From: Aquificota bacterium
GTDB lineage: Bacteria; Thermosulfidibacterota; Thermosulfidibacteria; Thermosulfidibacterales; B14-G1
Direction of reading: 5' to 3'
Length of the DNA stretch: 64,000 bases
NCBI GenBank assembly: GCA_015486015.1
Contig: WFSL01000014.1
Coordinates: 7,650-71,649 of the forward strand
Shown here: one piece after another, positions 23,119-34,568 of the stretch
How positions within the stretch are numbered: the first letter of the stretch is position 1
Layout: every line of letters starts with the position of its first letter
Notes under the pieces: generated by a model
What the model was told of the DNA's origin: nothing
Seen by the model: only the letters and a program-made list of their open reading frames with translations
The model's database searches: none
Position numbers and translations under genes: made by a program

Positions 23119-25518
23119 ATGGAGCACATAGGGACAGCCGCTGGGGGTACGCAAGGCGAGGGGGCATTTTCAATGCCCGAGGATCTTCCCTTGCTCCCCA
23201 CAAGGGATGTAGTGTTATTCCCGTTCATGGTCCTTCCCCTATTTGTAGGGAGGTCACCCAGCATAAAGGCCGTAGACGAGGCCCTCTCCAAGGACAGGCT
23301 TATATTCCTGGCTGCCCAGAAGGAGGCAGAAACCGAGGAGCCAAGCCCAGAAGAGATATACAGGGTAGGGACAGTGGGTATGATCGTAAAGATGCTGAAG
23401 CTCCCGGACGGGAGGATAAAGATACTGGTCCAGGGTCTGTCAAAGGGCAGAATTGAAGAGTACATTCAGCAACAGCCTTTCTACAAGGTTAAGGTTTCCA
23501 TATTAGAAGAGGGAGAAGCCCGCGCACCCACCTTGGAGGGAGAAGCGCTGATACGCACTGTGAGAGAAGGCCTGGAGAAGGCGGCCTCTCTGGGCAAACC
23601 CATATCTCCTGAGCTCATAGTAGTGGCAAACAACTTAGAGGACCCTGGAAAGCTGGCAGACCTGGTAGCTTCAAATTTAGGACTCAAGGTGGAAGAGGCC
23701 CAAGAGATACTGGAAACTACCCATCCCATGAAGCGGCTCAAGAAGGTCTCCCAAATCCTGCTTCGAGAGATCGAGCTCCTTACCATGCAACAAAAGATTC
23801 AAACTGAGGCAAAGGAGGAAATGGGACGCCTTCAGAGGGAATACTTTTTACGAGAACAATTGAAAGCCATCCAGAAAGAGCTGGGGGAGGGCGACGAAAG
23901 AGAAGAGGAGATCCGTGAGTTCGAAGAGAAAATCAAAAAGGCCAAGATGCCTAAGGACGTAGAGAAAGAGGCAAAACGCCAGCTCAAGAGGCTGTCAAAG
24001 ATGCACCCAGACTCGGCGGAGGCGACTGTGGTGAGGACATACTTAGAATGGCTCACAGAACTCCCATGGAGGAAGTCCACCCGGGATAACATAGATGTGA
24101 AGACGGCCAAGGGGATCCTGGATCAGGATCACTACAACCTGGAAAAGGTGAAGGAGCGCATTGTGGAATACCTGAGCGTGCTGAAGCTGAAGAAAAGGGC
24201 TCAGGGCGCCATCCTTTGTTTCATAGGCCCCCCAGGCGTGGGAAAGACCTCCTTAGGACACTCCATTGCCAAGGCTATGGGAAGGAGGTTCGTCCGTATT
24301 AGCCTCGGAGGTGTAAGGGACGAGGCAGAGATCAGAGGGCACAGAAGAACATACATAGGGGCTCTCCCCGGCAAGATTATACAGGGAATAAAACAGGCAG
24401 GATCAAATAATCCCGTCTTCATGCTGGACGAGGTGGACAAGATAGGCACCGATTTCAGGGGTGACCCCAGCTCAGCCCTGTTGGAGGTGCTCGATCCTGA
24501 ACAGAACAGGGACTTCGTAGACCATTACTTAGGAGTGCCCTTTGATCTTTCAAAAACGATGTTCATCTGCACTGCCAATGTGAGGGACACCATCCCAGCG
24601 CCTCTTCTGGATAGGATGGAGGTTATAGAGATACCGGGATACCCAGAGGAGGATAAGGTGATCATTGCCCAGAGATATCTCATACCCAGGCAAATAGAGG
24701 CCTCTGGGCTCTCGCCAAAAGACATCTCATTCTCTGAGACTGCCTTAAGAAAGATCATCCGCTTCTATACCAGAGAGGCGGGACTGAGGAATTTGGAAAG
24801 GGAAATCGGTTCCGTTTGTCGCAAGATAGCCAGGCAAATTGCCGAAGGGGCCTCTGGCCCATTCAGGGTCAATTCACGCTCAGTGGAGCGTTATTTAGGG
24901 CCTCCAAAATTTCATCCCGAAGCAGAGGTCTTAAAAAGCGAAGAGATTGGCATAGCTATAGGGCTTGCCTGGACACCTACAGGGGGAGAGGTGATCCATG
25001 TGGAGTCCACCATCCTCCCAGGAAAGGGTAAACTACACCTCACGGGCCAGCTTGGTGACGTGATGAAGGAATCGGCTATGGCAGCCGTGGACTACATCAG
25101 GAGCAGGGCGCAGCACCTTGGCATTCCAGAGGATTTTTACTATAAGCACGACTTTCACATACACGTACCTGCAGGTGCCATACCCAAAGATGGACCTTCA
25201 GCCGGCATCACAATAGCCACTTCCCTCACCTCCGCTATAACCCAGATACCTACGAGGAAAGATACAGCCATGACAGGGGAGATCACGCTCACAGGGAGAG
25301 TTTTGCCCATCGGTGGGTTGAGGGAGAAGGCATTAGCTGCTAAAAGGGCAGGAATAACAAACATTATCATCCCAATGAAGAACCTCTCAGACCTAACAGA
25401 CATGCCCACAGAAGTGAAAAAGGGGATCGCATTTATCCCCGTAAGTCACATGGACCAGGTACTTGAACATGCCTTAACGGTATATCCAGCAAAGGCTCAA
25501 GAAGTCATAAAAGAATAA
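23119..25518 (+). CDS. lon: ATP-dependent protease La
   Basis: LPLLPTRDVVLFP, GPPGVGKTS, RGHRRTYIGA, PKDGPSAG, GGLREK. Confidence 0.98.
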   Translation: MEHIGTAAGGTQGEGAFSMPEDLPLLPTRDVVLFPFMVLPLFVGRSPSIKAVDEALSKDRLIFLAAQKEAETEEPSPEEIYRVGTVGMIVKMLKLPDGRIKILVQGLSKGRIEEYIQQQPFYKVKVSILEEGEARAPTLEGEALIRTVREGLEKAASLGKPISPELIVVANNLEDPGKLADLVASNLGLKVEEAQEILETTHPMKRLKKVSQILLREIELLTMQQKIQTEAKEEMGRLQREYFLREQLKAIQKELGEGDEREEEIREFEEKIKKAKMPKDVEKEAKRQLKRLSKMHPDSAEATVVRTYLEWLTELPWRKSTRDNIDVKTAKGILDQDHYNLEKVKERIVEYLSVLKLKKRAQGAILCFIGPPGVGKTSLGHSIAKAMGRRFVRISLGGVRDEAEIRGHRRTYIGALPGKIIQGIKQAGSNNPVFMLDEVDKIGTDFRGDPSSALLEVLDPEQNRDFVDHYLGVPFDLSKTMFICTANVRDTIPAPLLDRMEVIEIPGYPEEDKVIIAQRYLIPRQIEASGLSPKDISFSETALRKIIRFYTREAGLRNLEREIGSVCRKIARQIAEGASGPFRVNSRSVERYLGPPKFHPEAEVLKSEEIGIAIGLAWTPTGGEVIHVESTILPGKGKLHLTGQLGDVMKESAMAAVDYIRSRAQHLGIPEDFYYKHDFHIHVPAGAIPKDGPSAGITIATSLTSAITQIPTRKDTAMTGEITLTGRVLPIGGLREKALAAKRAGITNIIIPMKNLSDLTDMPTEVKKGIAFIPVSHMDQVLEHALTVYPAKAQEVIKE

Positions 25519-25528
25519 AAAGTACAAT

Positions 25529-25552
25529 GGGGACCCTTTCACTTGGGTCCCC
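25529..25552. terminator. Hairpin between convergent lon and korC
   Basis: GGGGACCC-8 nt-GGGTCCCC. Confidence 0.65.
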
Positions 25553-25565
25553 TCAACACAGTTCC

Positions 25566-26114
25566 CTATTTACCATACTTTTCTATACCATACTCGTAAC
25601 CTCTATCAAATGCCTTCAGATTCATATCTATGGTATGGGAAGGCACACTATCTTCAACAGACTTCCTCATGGCCTCTCTCCCTACCACACCTGTAACTGC
25701 TGTAAAGAAACCCAGCATCACGATATTCTGGACCATGGCCCTTCCCACCTCCTCAGCGATCCTGGTGGAGGGTATCCCATAGGACTTCTGACCCGGTTTC
25801 AGCTCCCCCGGCTTCACCAGCTCCTCCTCTATGAGGAGAATCCCTTCATCCTTGAGCTTCGGATAATAGGTTGTATAGGCCTCCTGAGACATCACAATAA
25901 GGTAGTCTACATTAGTGGTATAAGGATAAAGGACCTTTGTATCCTCCAAAACCACCTGGGCAGAACAGGCCCCCCCTCTGGCCTCAGGTCCAAAACTCTG
26001 GGTGAGGGTAGCCTCCTTCCCCTCATAAATGGCATATGCCTTCCCCATTATGATGCCCATCAAGATAACCCCCTGACCTCCGAAACCGCCTATTCTAACC
26101 TCTATCCTACCCAT
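25566..26114 (-). CDS. korC: 2-oxoglutarate:ferredoxin oxidoreductase gamma subunit
   Basis: GFGGQG, SFGPEARGG, NIVMLG, NLKAFDRG; TGATG coupling with korB. Confidence 0.9.
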   Translation of the reverse strand: MGRIEVRIGGFGGQGVILMGIIMGKAYAIYEGKEATLTQSFGPEARGGACSAQVVLEDTKVLYPYTTNVDYLIVMSQEAYTTYYPKLKDEGILLIEEELVKPGELKPGQKSYGIPSTRIAEEVGRAMVQNIVMLGFFTAVTGVVGREAMRKSVEDSVPSHTIDMNLKAFDRGYEYGIEKYGK

Positions 26115-26983
26115 CACTTCTTCCCCCACCATACATACTTGTCACCCAGTCTCTTAGACAAGTGGGTGTTCATGGCCTCTACGTAGTCTGGCCTCTCTAT
26201 GTCCACGAACTTCCCCACAATGATCTCATCTGGCCTTGTCTCATCCCAGCCCACCTCGCGGGTATCAGCACCATGCTTTATCACGCTGTGCTCCTTGTAG
26301 AACTTCAGCTCCGCTACAGAATCGCCCAAGCGGTTGCGCCTGAGAAAGATAGTCGGACAGGGAGAGATCACCTCTATGAACGAGAAGCCCTTCTTATTCA
26401 TGGCCTCTACCATGGCCTTTGTGAGCTGCACTACATGATAAGCAGTCCAGCGGGCCACATACACAGCACCACAGGACGCAACCAGATGTGGGAGGTTGAA
26501 AGGCATCTCATATGCTCCATAAGGGGCAGTAGTGTTGATGCTCTCAAAGGGAGCTGTAGGGGTAACCTGACCACCGGTCATAGCGTAGGTGAAGTTGTTC
26601 AACATGATGACGGTGATATCCACGTTCCGTCTCGCTGCATTTATCAGATGATTTCCCCCAATTGCGGCTATATCTCCATCACCAGAATAGACCACCACTG
26701 TTAACTCAGGGTTGGCCAGCTTCAACCCCGTGGCAAAGGGGATGGCCCTTCCATGGGTCACATGGATAGAATCAAGCTTTAAGTAACCCGCTACCCTTCC
26801 AGTACACCCTATACCAGAGATCACAGCCAGTTTCTCCAAAGGGATGCCGCATTTCCTCACTGCCCTGGCAAAACAGTTCACTGTGGTCCCTATGCCACAT
26901 CCGGAACACCAAACATGTGGTAAGCGGTCTGTCCTCAAAAACTCCTCTACCGGGTTCTCCTGCACACTCTTCACAGCGCTCAT
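26114..26983 (-). CDS. korB: 2-oxoglutarate:ferredoxin oxidoreductase beta subunit
   Basis: WCSGCG, SGIGC, HGRA, GDGD..AIGGNH, NN..YAMTGGQ, SPCPT. Confidence 0.92.
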   Translation of the reverse strand: MSAVKSVQENPVEEFLRTDRLPHVWCSGCGIGTTVNCFARAVRKCGIPLEKLAVISGIGCTGRVAGYLKLDSIHVTHGRAIPFATGLKLANPELTVVVYSGDGDIAAIGGNHLINAARRNVDITVIMLNNFTYAMTGGQVTPTAPFESINTTAPYGAYEMPFNLPHLVASCGAVYVARWTAYHVVQLTKAMVEAMNKKGFSFIEVISPCPTIFLRRNRLGDSVAELKFYKEHSVIKHGADTREVGWDETRPDEIIVGKFVDIERPDYVEAMNTHLSKRLGDKYVWWGKK

Positions 26984-28158
26984 CTTGCCGCCTCCATAAT
27001 GGCATCGAATATCTGCTCAGGGTCGTGGACTGTACCGCCAGCATGAGGTACCCTCACTACCTTGCAAGCGCCCTCTACGACCCTCTCCACTTCCCTGGCG
27101 ATCTGCCCCCTAATGTTGAGCTCGGGCACCACAATGGCCTTCACCTTGTGGGCTATCTCCTTCACTCGGGGTTCAGGGAAAGGCCACACCACGATGAGCC
27201 TCATACGACCCACCTTGATGCCCTTCTCCTTGGCCATCTCAATGGCCTTCAAGGCCACCCTGGCCGAGATACCATATGAGAGAACCACCACATCGGCCCC
27301 CTCAACTTCCTCCTCCTCATACCGCCAGATCTTATGGGCATTCTGGTTAATCTTGTTTACCAGCCTCCAGCACATCTCATGTTGGGCCTGGGCATTGATC
27401 ACAGGATAACCTCTCTCATCGTGGGTGAGCCCGGTGACATGAAACCTATATCCATCCCCCACCTTCACCATCTCAGGCACCAGGTCTGGATCAGGCTTAT
27501 AAGGCAGATACTCACCAGGGGGCTTGGTAGTATACCGCCTCTCCACCACCTTAATCTTGTCGGCCTCAGGAATGATCAGTTTCTCAGTCATGTGGCCCAC
27601 GCACTCATCCATCATAAAAAACACAGGTACCCTATAGATCTCGGCCAGATTAAAGGCATCAATGATGAAGTCAAAGCTCTCCTGCACTGTACTCGGAGAA
27701 AGGGCTATCACCTCATAGTCACCATGGGAACCCCACCTGCATTGCTGCATATCAGCCTGACCAGGCAATGTAGGCAAACCCGTGGAGGGACCGCCTCTCT
27801 GAACATTGACAAATACACAGGGCGTCTCTAAACAGGCCGCCAAACCGATATGCTCTTGCATTAAAGAGATGCCTGGGCCGGAAGTGACAGTCATGGCCTT
27901 CAATCCTCCCCACACGGCACCTTGAAGGCAGATGGAAGAAGCAATCTCATCTTCCATCTGGATGAATACGCCACCCACTAAGGGTATCCTGGCGGAAAAC
28001 CTCTCCACTACCTCTGTGGAAGGTGTGATAGGATAACCAGCGGCAAAGCGACAACCAGCCGCCAAGGCCCCTTCACAAGCCGCATGGTTACCATCCATGT
28101 AGTGTACCCCTGTGAGAACACCCTTTGGATCGGCCGTAGTGTATCTAATCTCAGCCAT
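26980..28158 (-). CDS. korA: 2-oxoglutarate:ferredoxin oxidoreductase alpha subunit
   Basis: GYPITPSTE, QMEDE, TSGPG, QRGGPSTGLPT, TGLTH; substrate inferred from TCA context. Confidence 0.92.
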   Translation of the reverse strand: MAEIRYTTADPKGVLTGVHYMDGNHAACEGALAAGCRFAAGYPITPSTEVVERFSARIPLVGGVFIQMEDEIASSICLQGAVWGGLKAMTVTSGPGISLMQEHIGLAACLETPCVFVNVQRGGPSTGLPTLPGQADMQQCRWGSHGDYEVIALSPSTVQESFDFIIDAFNLAEIYRVPVFFMMDECVGHMTEKLIIPEADKIKVVERRYTTKPPGEYLPYKPDPDLVPEMVKVGDGYRFHVTGLTHDERGYPVINAQAQHEMCWRLVNKINQNAHKIWRYEEEEVEGADVVVLSYGISARVALKAIEMAKEKGIKVGRMRLIVVWPFPEPRVKEIAHKVKAIVVPELNIRGQIAREVERVVEGACKVVRVPHAGGTVHDPEQIFDAIMEAAR

Positions 28159-28418
28159 TACTCGCCCTCCTCAATCTTCTCCCTATAGCCGTAAATGGCA
28201 AAATCGGGACAGTACATACCACAGAGCTCACAGCCAGTACACTTCTCCGGATAAGTGAACTCTGGGTAGTGAAATCCCCGGGAGTTAAATCCATCGGACA
28301 AGGTGATCGCACCCGTGGGGCAAAACTCTACGCAAATACCGCACCCCTTACAACGCTCAGGGAGCACATGAACTACTCCACGAAACTTCCTCTTCTTAGT
28401 CCTCTCAGCCGTTGCCAT
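28158..28418 (-). CDS. korD: 2-oxoacid:ferredoxin oxidoreductase delta subunit (2x[4Fe-4S])
   Basis: CKGCGICVEFCP and CTGCELCGMYCPDFAI. Confidence 0.92.
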   Translation of the reverse strand: MATAERTKKRKFRGVVHVLPERCKGCGICVEFCPTGAITLSDGFNSRGFHYPEFTYPEKCTGCELCGMYCPDFAIYGYREKIEEGE

Positions 28419-28434
28419 CTCTCCCTCCTAACCC

Positions 28435-29310
28435 TTATTTGCCTAAGACACTCGCCACTGTGGCACCTATCTCTGCCGGACTCTCAGCCACATGCACACC
28501 AGCCCCCCTGAGGGCAGCCATCTTCTCTGCAGCCGTGCCCTTGCCTCCAGCGATTATGGCGCCTGCATGCCCCATACGCCGACCTGGAGGGGCCGTTCGG
28601 CCAGCAACAAATGCCACCACAGGTTTAGTGAACTCTTCCTTAATATACTCAGCCGCCTCCTCCTCAGCGGTGCCACCAATCTCCCCAATGAGGACCACCA
28701 ATTCCGTCTCGGGATCTTCGTTGAAGAGCTTTAGAAGATCCACCATGGTAGACCCTACAATGGGATCGCCTCCTATACCGATACAAGTGGACTGACCAAT
28801 GCCTCTCTCTGTGCACTGCCATACGGCCTCGTAAGTGAGGGTACCAGACCTGGAGATGAGACCTACGGGACCCTTCTTAAAGATGTATCCGGGCATGATG
28901 CCCATCTTGCACTCCTCAGGGGTAATCACACCAGGACAGTTGGGCCCAACCATCCTCACGTTCTTGCCCTTCATGGAACGCTTCACCTTCATCATATCAA
29001 GGGCAGGGATCCCTTCTGTAATGGTAACGATCACCTCCACCCCGGCGTCTACTGCTTCAGATATCGCATCGGCACAAAAAGCGGGGGGAACAAATATGAG
29101 AGCGGCATTGGCCCCTTCCTTCTCTACTGCCTCGGCCACAGTATTATAAACGGGCACCTTCCCCTCCCACATAAGACCACCCTTACCTGGAGTGACTCCC
29201 GCCACCACATTGGTGCCATATTCCATACACTGGGTAGTGTGGAAGGTACCCTCCTTACCAGTAATACCCTGGACCACAACCCTGGTGTCCTTATTGATGA
29301 GAATACTCAT
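28435..29310 (-). CDS. sucD: Succinyl-CoA synthetase alpha subunit
   Basis: [29 protein letters not shown]. Confidence 0.97.
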   Translation of the reverse strand: MSILINKDTRVVVQGITGKEGTFHTTQCMEYGTNVVAGVTPGKGGLMWEGKVPVYNTVAEAVEKEGANAALIFVPPAFCADAISEAVDAGVEVIVTITEGIPALDMMKVKRSMKGKNVRMVGPNCPGVITPEECKMGIMPGYIFKKGPVGLISRSGTLTYEAVWQCTERGIGQSTCIGIGGDPIVGSTMVDLLKLFNEDPETELVVLIGEIGGTAEEEAAEYIKEEFTKPVVAFVAGRTAPPGRRMGHAGAIIAGGKGTAAEKMAALRGAGVHVAESPAEIGATVASVLGK

Positions 29311-29334
29311 GAATCGAACCTCCTTCCCACTCTG

Positions 29335-30501
29335 TTACTTGAGGCCGGCAGCCTGGACTACCTTTTCAGCCGCCTCGGCCATGCTCTTGGCGGTGATAAA
29401 AGAGAGCCCAGAATTCTCCAAAATCCCCATACCCTCGTCCCTGTTGGTACCCTCTAAACGCACCACCATAGGTACAGTTACTTCAAGGCTCTTGGCAGCT
29501 TGGGCAATCCCATTAGCCACCCTATCACACCGAACAATACCACCAAAGATATTAACCAATACAGCTTTCACATTGGGGTCAGAAATAAGGATTCTAAAGG
29601 CATTTTCCACCCTCTCTGCACTGGCTGCACCACCCACATCCAAGAAGTTGGCAGGCTCACCGCCGTAAATCTTGATGATGTCCATAGTGGACATGGCCAG
29701 CCCCGCACCGTTCACCATACAGCCAATGTTGCCGTCCAGCTTGATGTAATTGAGGTTGTACTTCTTGGCCTCCACCTCCAACGGATCTTCTTCATTCGGA
29801 TCCCTCATAGCCGCCACCTCGGGATGACGATAAAGGGCATCGTCGTCGAAGTTCATCTTGGCATCCAAGGCTATAATGTCACCCTCTTTGGTGATCACCA
29901 ACGGGTTAATCTCGGCAAGGGAAGCATCCTTTTCCATGAAGGCCCTGTAAAGATTAGTCATAAACTTAACGGCCTTCTTGAAAAGGTCCCCTGAAAGACC
30001 TAACCCGAAGGCCAGCCTTCTGGCATAAAAGGGAAGCATACCCAAGGCAGGGTCTATAAAGGCCTTGAGAATCTTCTCGGGACTCTTGGCAGCTACCTCT
30101 TCGATCTCTACACCACCCTCAGTGGAGGCCATCATCACAGGACACTCGGTGGAGCGGTCTATGACCATACCCAGGTAAAGCTCTTTCGCAATGTTGAGTC
30201 CCTGTTCCACCAAAACCTTCCTCACCAGCTTACCCTCAGGGCCTGTCTGATGGGTCACCAGGGTCATACCAATGACCTGCCCAGCCATCTTTTCCACTTC
30301 GTCCAAGGAACGGGCCAGCTTGATACCGCCCCCTTTTCCCCTTCCACCAGCATGAACCTGGGCCTTTACCACCCAAAGGTCACCACCCACCTCCTCAGCC
30401 ACCTTCCTTGCCTCCTCAGGTGTGGTGGCAAGTCCCCCCTTGGGCACTGGAATTCCATACTCCTTAAAAATCTCCTTGGCCTGATACTCATGGACCTTCA
30501 T
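29335..30501 (-). CDS. sucC: Succinyl-CoA synthetase beta subunit
   Basis: [42 protein letters not shown]. Confidence 0.97.
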   Translation of the reverse strand: MKVHEYQAKEIFKEYGIPVPKGGLATTPEEARKVAEEVGGDLWVVKAQVHAGGRGKGGGIKLARSLDEVEKMAGQVIGMTLVTHQTGPEGKLVRKVLVEQGLNIAKELYLGMVIDRSTECPVMMASTEGGVEIEEVAAKSPEKILKAFIDPALGMLPFYARRLAFGLGLSGDLFKKAVKFMTNLYRAFMEKDASLAEINPLVITKEGDIIALDAKMNFDDDALYRHPEVAAMRDPNEEDPLEVEAKKYNLNYIKLDGNIGCMVNGAGLAMSTMDIIKIYGGEPANFLDVGGAASAERVENAFRILISDPNVKAVLVNIFGGIVRCDRVANGIAQAAKSLEVTVPMVVRLEGTNRDEGMGILENSGLSFITAKSMAEAAEKVVQAAGLK

Positions 30502-30582
30502 TGAACCACTCCTCCTTCAAAGAATCGGGGGGGAACCATTGGGGCACCCCCCCACCACTTGAATCACTCTCCCTCTCCAAAA

Positions 30583-31296
30583 CTACAGACGACCCCTCAG
30601 AGCCATTCTACGAAGTTCCACTATGGCCTTAGTGGGGTTGAGATCCTTGGGGCAGGCCTCTACGCAATTGAAGATGGTGTGGCAACGCCAGATACCATGT
30701 TTGTCATCAATCACGTTAACCCTCTCTGCCCACCCCTCATCCCGAGAGTCTAAGGAGAACTTGGCCGCCTTGAGAAGGGCACAGGGACCCAGAAAGTCCT
30801 TGTCTGCCCAATATGTGGGGCAGGAAGATGTGCAACAGCCACACAGAAGGCACTCGTATTTACCATCCAAAAGCTTCCTATCCTCCGGTGATTGAAGCCT
30901 CTCTCTATCAGAAGGCGGAGGCGTATAGGTAATGAGATAGGGCTTAACTGCGTAAAGCTTATCATAAAATGGCTCCATATCCACCACCAAGTCCTTAATC
31001 ACCCTGAAACCCCTCAAGGGCTCAACTGTAATCACCTGGGTACCAAGGTCTTTTATCTGGGTTTCACAGGCCAAACCATTCTTACCATTGATAGTCATGC
31101 CACAAGAGCCACAGATACCGTGGCTACAAGCCCTCCTGAATGTGAGGGTACCGTCCATGAACCACTTAATGTGAACCAATACATCCAATAGGGTCCACCC
31201 TTCCTGCACATCCACCTTGTATTCCTGGACCCTTCCCTTGGTCCCCTCATCCTTCTCAGGATCGTATCTGAATATTCTGAACAGATATTCAGCCAT
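30583..31296 (-). CDS. sdhB: Succinate dehydrogenase/fumarate reductase Fe-S subunit
   Basis: CSHGICGSC, CLLCGCCTSSCP, CHTIFNCVEACP. Confidence 0.95.
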   Translation of the reverse strand: MAEYLFRIFRYDPEKDEGTKGRVQEYKVDVQEGWTLLDVLVHIKWFMDGTLTFRRACSHGICGSCGMTINGKNGLACETQIKDLGTQVITVEPLRGFRVIKDLVVDMEPFYDKLYAVKPYLITYTPPPSDRERLQSPEDRKLLDGKYECLLCGCCTSSCPTYWADKDFLGPCALLKAAKFSLDSRDEGWAERVNVIDDKHGIWRCHTIFNCVEACPKDLNPTKAIVELRRMALRGRL

Positions 31297-31306
31297 CTCT
31301 CCCCCC

Positions 31307-33142
31307 TCAGAACTTCCTTTCTTCCGGCTGGAACCGGGTGATGACCACCGGCTTATAGTCAAACTTCACTCCTTCATCTGTCCTCCATGCCAAGGTGTGC
31401 TTGAGCCAATTCTCATCGTCCCTCTTGGGATAATCGGTCCTCCAATGGGCACCCCTGGATTCTGTCCTGTTAATGGCAGATGCCACGATCACCTCCGCCG
31501 TCTGCAGAAGGTGCCTTAACTCTATGGTCTCTTCCAGGTCCAGATTGAACTTCAATCCCTTGTCCTGAATCCTAATATTCTTGTATCTCCTCTGAAGGTC
31601 CTTGATAATGTCATACATCTCTGTGAGTTCCTGCTCGTTCCTGAAAACCCCACATTTTCGATACATGTTCACCTGCATAACCTCTCTTATCTTACCAGGA
31701 ACCTCTGTACCATCTGCGTTTAGGACCCACTCCACCTCTTCTATGGCCTTCTTGGCACAGTCCATAGGCAAGGGCTCCCAGCACTCCACCACATCCAAGT
31801 AGGCTGCTATGTCCCTCCCAGCCCTTCTGCCATGGACGGAGGCGTCCAACAGGGAGTTACATCCAAGCCTGTTGGCCCCATGGACGGAGACACATGCACA
31901 CTCGCCGGCAGCCCACATACCTTGGAGCCATTTTGACTTCCCATCGGCCAAAACCCTGCAATTGATGTCAACAGGAATACCTCCCATGGAGTAGTGCCCT
32001 GTGGGTTGGATAGGAATAGGGGCTTCAATGGGATCCACACCAACAAACTTCATGGAAAGCTCCCTGATCTGAGGTAGCCTCTCCTTGATCTTTTCGGCAC
32101 CCAGATGCCTTAGATCAATGTAGAGATACTCCTGCCCCCCTATCCCTCTACCCTCTATAATCTCTTGCCATTCGGCCCTGGAGACCACATCCCTGGGGGC
32201 CAGCTCCATCTTGTCAGGGGCGTATTTGCTCATGAATCTCTCACCCTTGTCGTTGATGAGATGCCCACCCTCGCCCCTGGCACCCTCAGTGATGAGGAAG
32301 CCTTTACCGGCCAAACCCGTAGGATGAAACTGGACAAACTCCAAATCCTCAATGGGGAAACCATTATCCATCATAACGGCCAACCCATCAGCAGTATTGG
32401 CCCTGGAATTGGTAGAGATATTGAAAAGCCTCGCATAACCACCTGTGGCAAAGAGTGTAGCCTTGGTATGAAACACATGGATACCACCATTCACAAGATC
32501 CCAAGCAACCACACCCAAGCACCTATCCCCTTGGGCAATTATATCAAGAACAAAAAACTCAGGATAGAACCTCACCCCCAGCTTCACGCAGTTCTCCCAG
32601 AGACAGTGAAGAAGGGCATGACCCGTCCTATCGGCAGCCATACAGGCCCTTAAAACCTTTGGGCCACGACCAAAGTCGGTGTAGTGACCACCAAAGTAAC
32701 GTTGCATAATCTTGCCTTCCGGTGTCCTGGAAAAGGGCACACCCATATGTTCATATTCAAGAACGACGGGGATGGCCTCTCTCACCATAAGCTCAATGGC
32801 GTCCTGGTCGCCTAAAAAGTCACTGCCCTTCACCGTATCAAACATGTGCCATTCCCAGTGATCCTCCTCCAGATTAGCCAAAGCAGCATTGATTCCTCCC
32901 TGGGCAGCGGTAGAGTGGGACCTGGTGGGAAAGATTTTAGTAATAACGGCCACATCATAGCCTGCCCTTTTTAACTCCAAAGCAGCATATTCTCCAGCAA
33001 GGCCTGCCCCAACAACCACCGCATCGTGCCTATGTATGTTGGCCAGTTCCACTCCGATGGGTTCATGTAACTCCTTGGCCTCCTCAAAAGGCACAGAGGT
33101 GCTCTTGAACGTTCCCCTGTAATCCCCAAACTTTTCAGCCAT
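31307..33142 (-). CDS. sdhA: Succinate dehydrogenase/fumarate reductase flavoprotein
   Basis: [48 protein letters not shown]. Confidence 0.96.
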   Translation of the reverse strand: MAEKFGDYRGTFKSTSVPFEEAKELHEPIGVELANIHRHDAVVVGAGLAGEYAALELKRAGYDVAVITKIFPTRSHSTAAQGGINAALANLEEDHWEWHMFDTVKGSDFLGDQDAIELMVREAIPVVLEYEHMGVPFSRTPEGKIMQRYFGGHYTDFGRGPKVLRACMAADRTGHALLHCLWENCVKLGVRFYPEFFVLDIIAQGDRCLGVVAWDLVNGGIHVFHTKATLFATGGYARLFNISTNSRANTADGLAVMMDNGFPIEDLEFVQFHPTGLAGKGFLITEGARGEGGHLINDKGERFMSKYAPDKMELAPRDVVSRAEWQEIIEGRGIGGQEYLYIDLRHLGAEKIKERLPQIRELSMKFVGVDPIEAPIPIQPTGHYSMGGIPVDINCRVLADGKSKWLQGMWAAGECACVSVHGANRLGCNSLLDASVHGRRAGRDIAAYLDVVECWEPLPMDCAKKAIEEVEWVLNADGTEVPGKIREVMQVNMYRKCGVFRNEQELTEMYDIIKDLQRRYKNIRIQDKGLKFNLDLEETIELRHLLQTAEVIVASAINRTESRGAHWRTDYPKRDDENWLKHTLAWRTDEGVKFDYKPVVITRFQPEERKF

Positions 33143-33162
33143 AACTCAACCACCCCCTCTTT

Positions 33163-33519
33163 TTAGGCTTTGAAAGGTATAACGGTGATGGCGCCCAAGA
33201 TCAACAAAATCAAGCCTAAGGTGCATAGGCCATAATAGATCCACATCTGGGCCGTCTCACTATGGACATAATCTTGGATCACCATCCATACACCGTTGAG
33301 GCCGTGGAACAGGGCACATACCAGGAACATGAGATCAAACACCTTCCATGTAGCTGTGGCCAATCTGGGGGCCACTACAGCGTATGTAAGGGTACCCCCT
33401 TTGGGCAGATTATGCGTGACAGCAAAATGGATCAACAGGAGAATCACAAGTAGGATACCCGTGAGTCTCTGAAACAGCCACGCATAAAAACCACCAGATG
33501 TCCTTGGAAACTTCATCAC
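33163..33519 (-). CDS. sdhD: Succinate dehydrogenase membrane anchor
   Basis: WLFQRLTG, three TM helices, HGLNG..DY. Confidence 0.88.
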   Translation of the reverse strand: MMKFPRTSGGFYAWLFQRLTGILLVILLLIHFAVTHNLPKGGTLTYAVVAPRLATATWKVFDLMFLVCALFHGLNGVWMVIQDYVHSETAQMWIYYGLCTLGLILLILGAITVIPFKA

Positions 33520-33526
33520 TCACCCC

Positions 33527-33922
33527 CTAACCCGCTAATGCATGAAGGAAATGGATAAACATGGGAACACCCCCAATTAGAAAGAGGATGATAGCCACCG
33601 CCATCATAGCTGCATATATCTGCTTATGGGCCTCCACACCCTCTTTGGAAAATTCTATTACGATGATCCGAAGGCCGTTAAAGGCATGGTAAAGAACGCA
33701 ACCCAGCAACCCTATCTCCAGCAGGAGAAAGATGGGCGTTTGCACTACACCCATCACCTTGTTAAAACCTGCGGGTCCCTGGGAAATATGATGGATCACC
33801 CAAATATGAAGCACCAGGTAGAAGATCAGTAACAAACCTGTTATCCTGTGAAGCAACCAGGCGATGGTCCCAACATGCCAGCGATAATGCCTTATAACAC
33901 TTGGCTTTTCCAGCATACCCAA
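33527..33922 (-). CDS. sdhC: Succinate dehydrogenase cytochrome b subunit
   Basis: LHRITG, LHI, YHAFNGLR. Confidence 0.9.
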   Translation of the reverse strand: MGMLEKPSVIRHYRWHVGTIAWLLHRITGLLLIFYLVLHIWVIHHISQGPAGFNKVMGVVQTPIFLLLEIGLLGCVLYHAFNGLRIIVIEFSKEGVEAHKQIYAAMMAVAIILFLIGGVPMFIHFLHALAG

Positions 33923-33953
33923 ACCTCCCTTAAGAAATATTTATAAGTTAACG

Positions 33954-33988
33954 GCCCGGCTGGCATCTCGATAAACCACCAGCCGGGC
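33954..33988 (-). terminator. Hairpin between fumarase beta gene and sdhC (weak terminator or mRNA-stabilising stem)
   Basis: GCCCGGCTGG-15 nt-CCAGCCGGGC; no clear U-tract. Confidence 0.45.
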
Positions 33989-33996
33989 ACATTCGA

Positions 33997-34557
33997 TTAC
34001 TCTACCGCGTACTTCTTTCTCCCCTCCTTTTCCAGGTCATTACCATAAACATCGTTAACCACAATAACAGGAAAATCCTCCACCTCAAGCCTCCTCACCG
34101 CCTCTGGCCCAAGATCCTCGTAAGCGATGACCTCTGCCTTCTTGATGCTCTTGGCGAGTAATGCACCGGCACCTCCCACAGCCCCGAAATATACACATTT
34201 ATACTTCACGCAGGCATCAATCACCTCCTGAGCCCTGCCACCCTTTCCAATCATGCCCTTCAACCCCAGCTCAATCAACCGGGGAGAGAAGGCATCCATC
34301 CGATAGCTGGTAGTAGGACCAGCAGAACCTATAGCCCAGCCTGGCTTGGCTGGAGCAGGCCCCACAAAGTATATCACCTGACCCTTCACATCAAAGGGCA
34401 GGGATTCCCCCTTGTCCAGGGCTGCTACCATCCTCATATGGGCAGCGTCTCTTCCTGTATAGATGACGCCGCTTATAAGCACAGTATCCCCCACCTTCAG
34501 CTTCCCCACATCCTCATCGGTCAGTGGAGTGGTCAACCTGATCTTTTCCTCCGCCAT
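33997..34557 (-). CDS. Fe-S fumarate hydratase (class I) beta subunit
   Basis: TGRDAAH, GPTTSYRM, GMIGKG, DLGPEA. Confidence 0.93.
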   Translation of the reverse strand: MAEEKIRLTTPLTDEDVGKLKVGDTVLISGVIYTGRDAAHMRMVAALDKGESLPFDVKGQVIYFVGPAPAKPGWAIGSAGPTTSYRMDAFSPRLIELGLKGMIGKGGRAQEVIDACVKYKCVYFGAVGGAGALLAKSIKKAEVIAYEDLGPEAVRRLEVEDFPVIVVNDVYGNDLEKEGRKKYAVE

Positions 34558-34568
34558 GACGACCCTCC

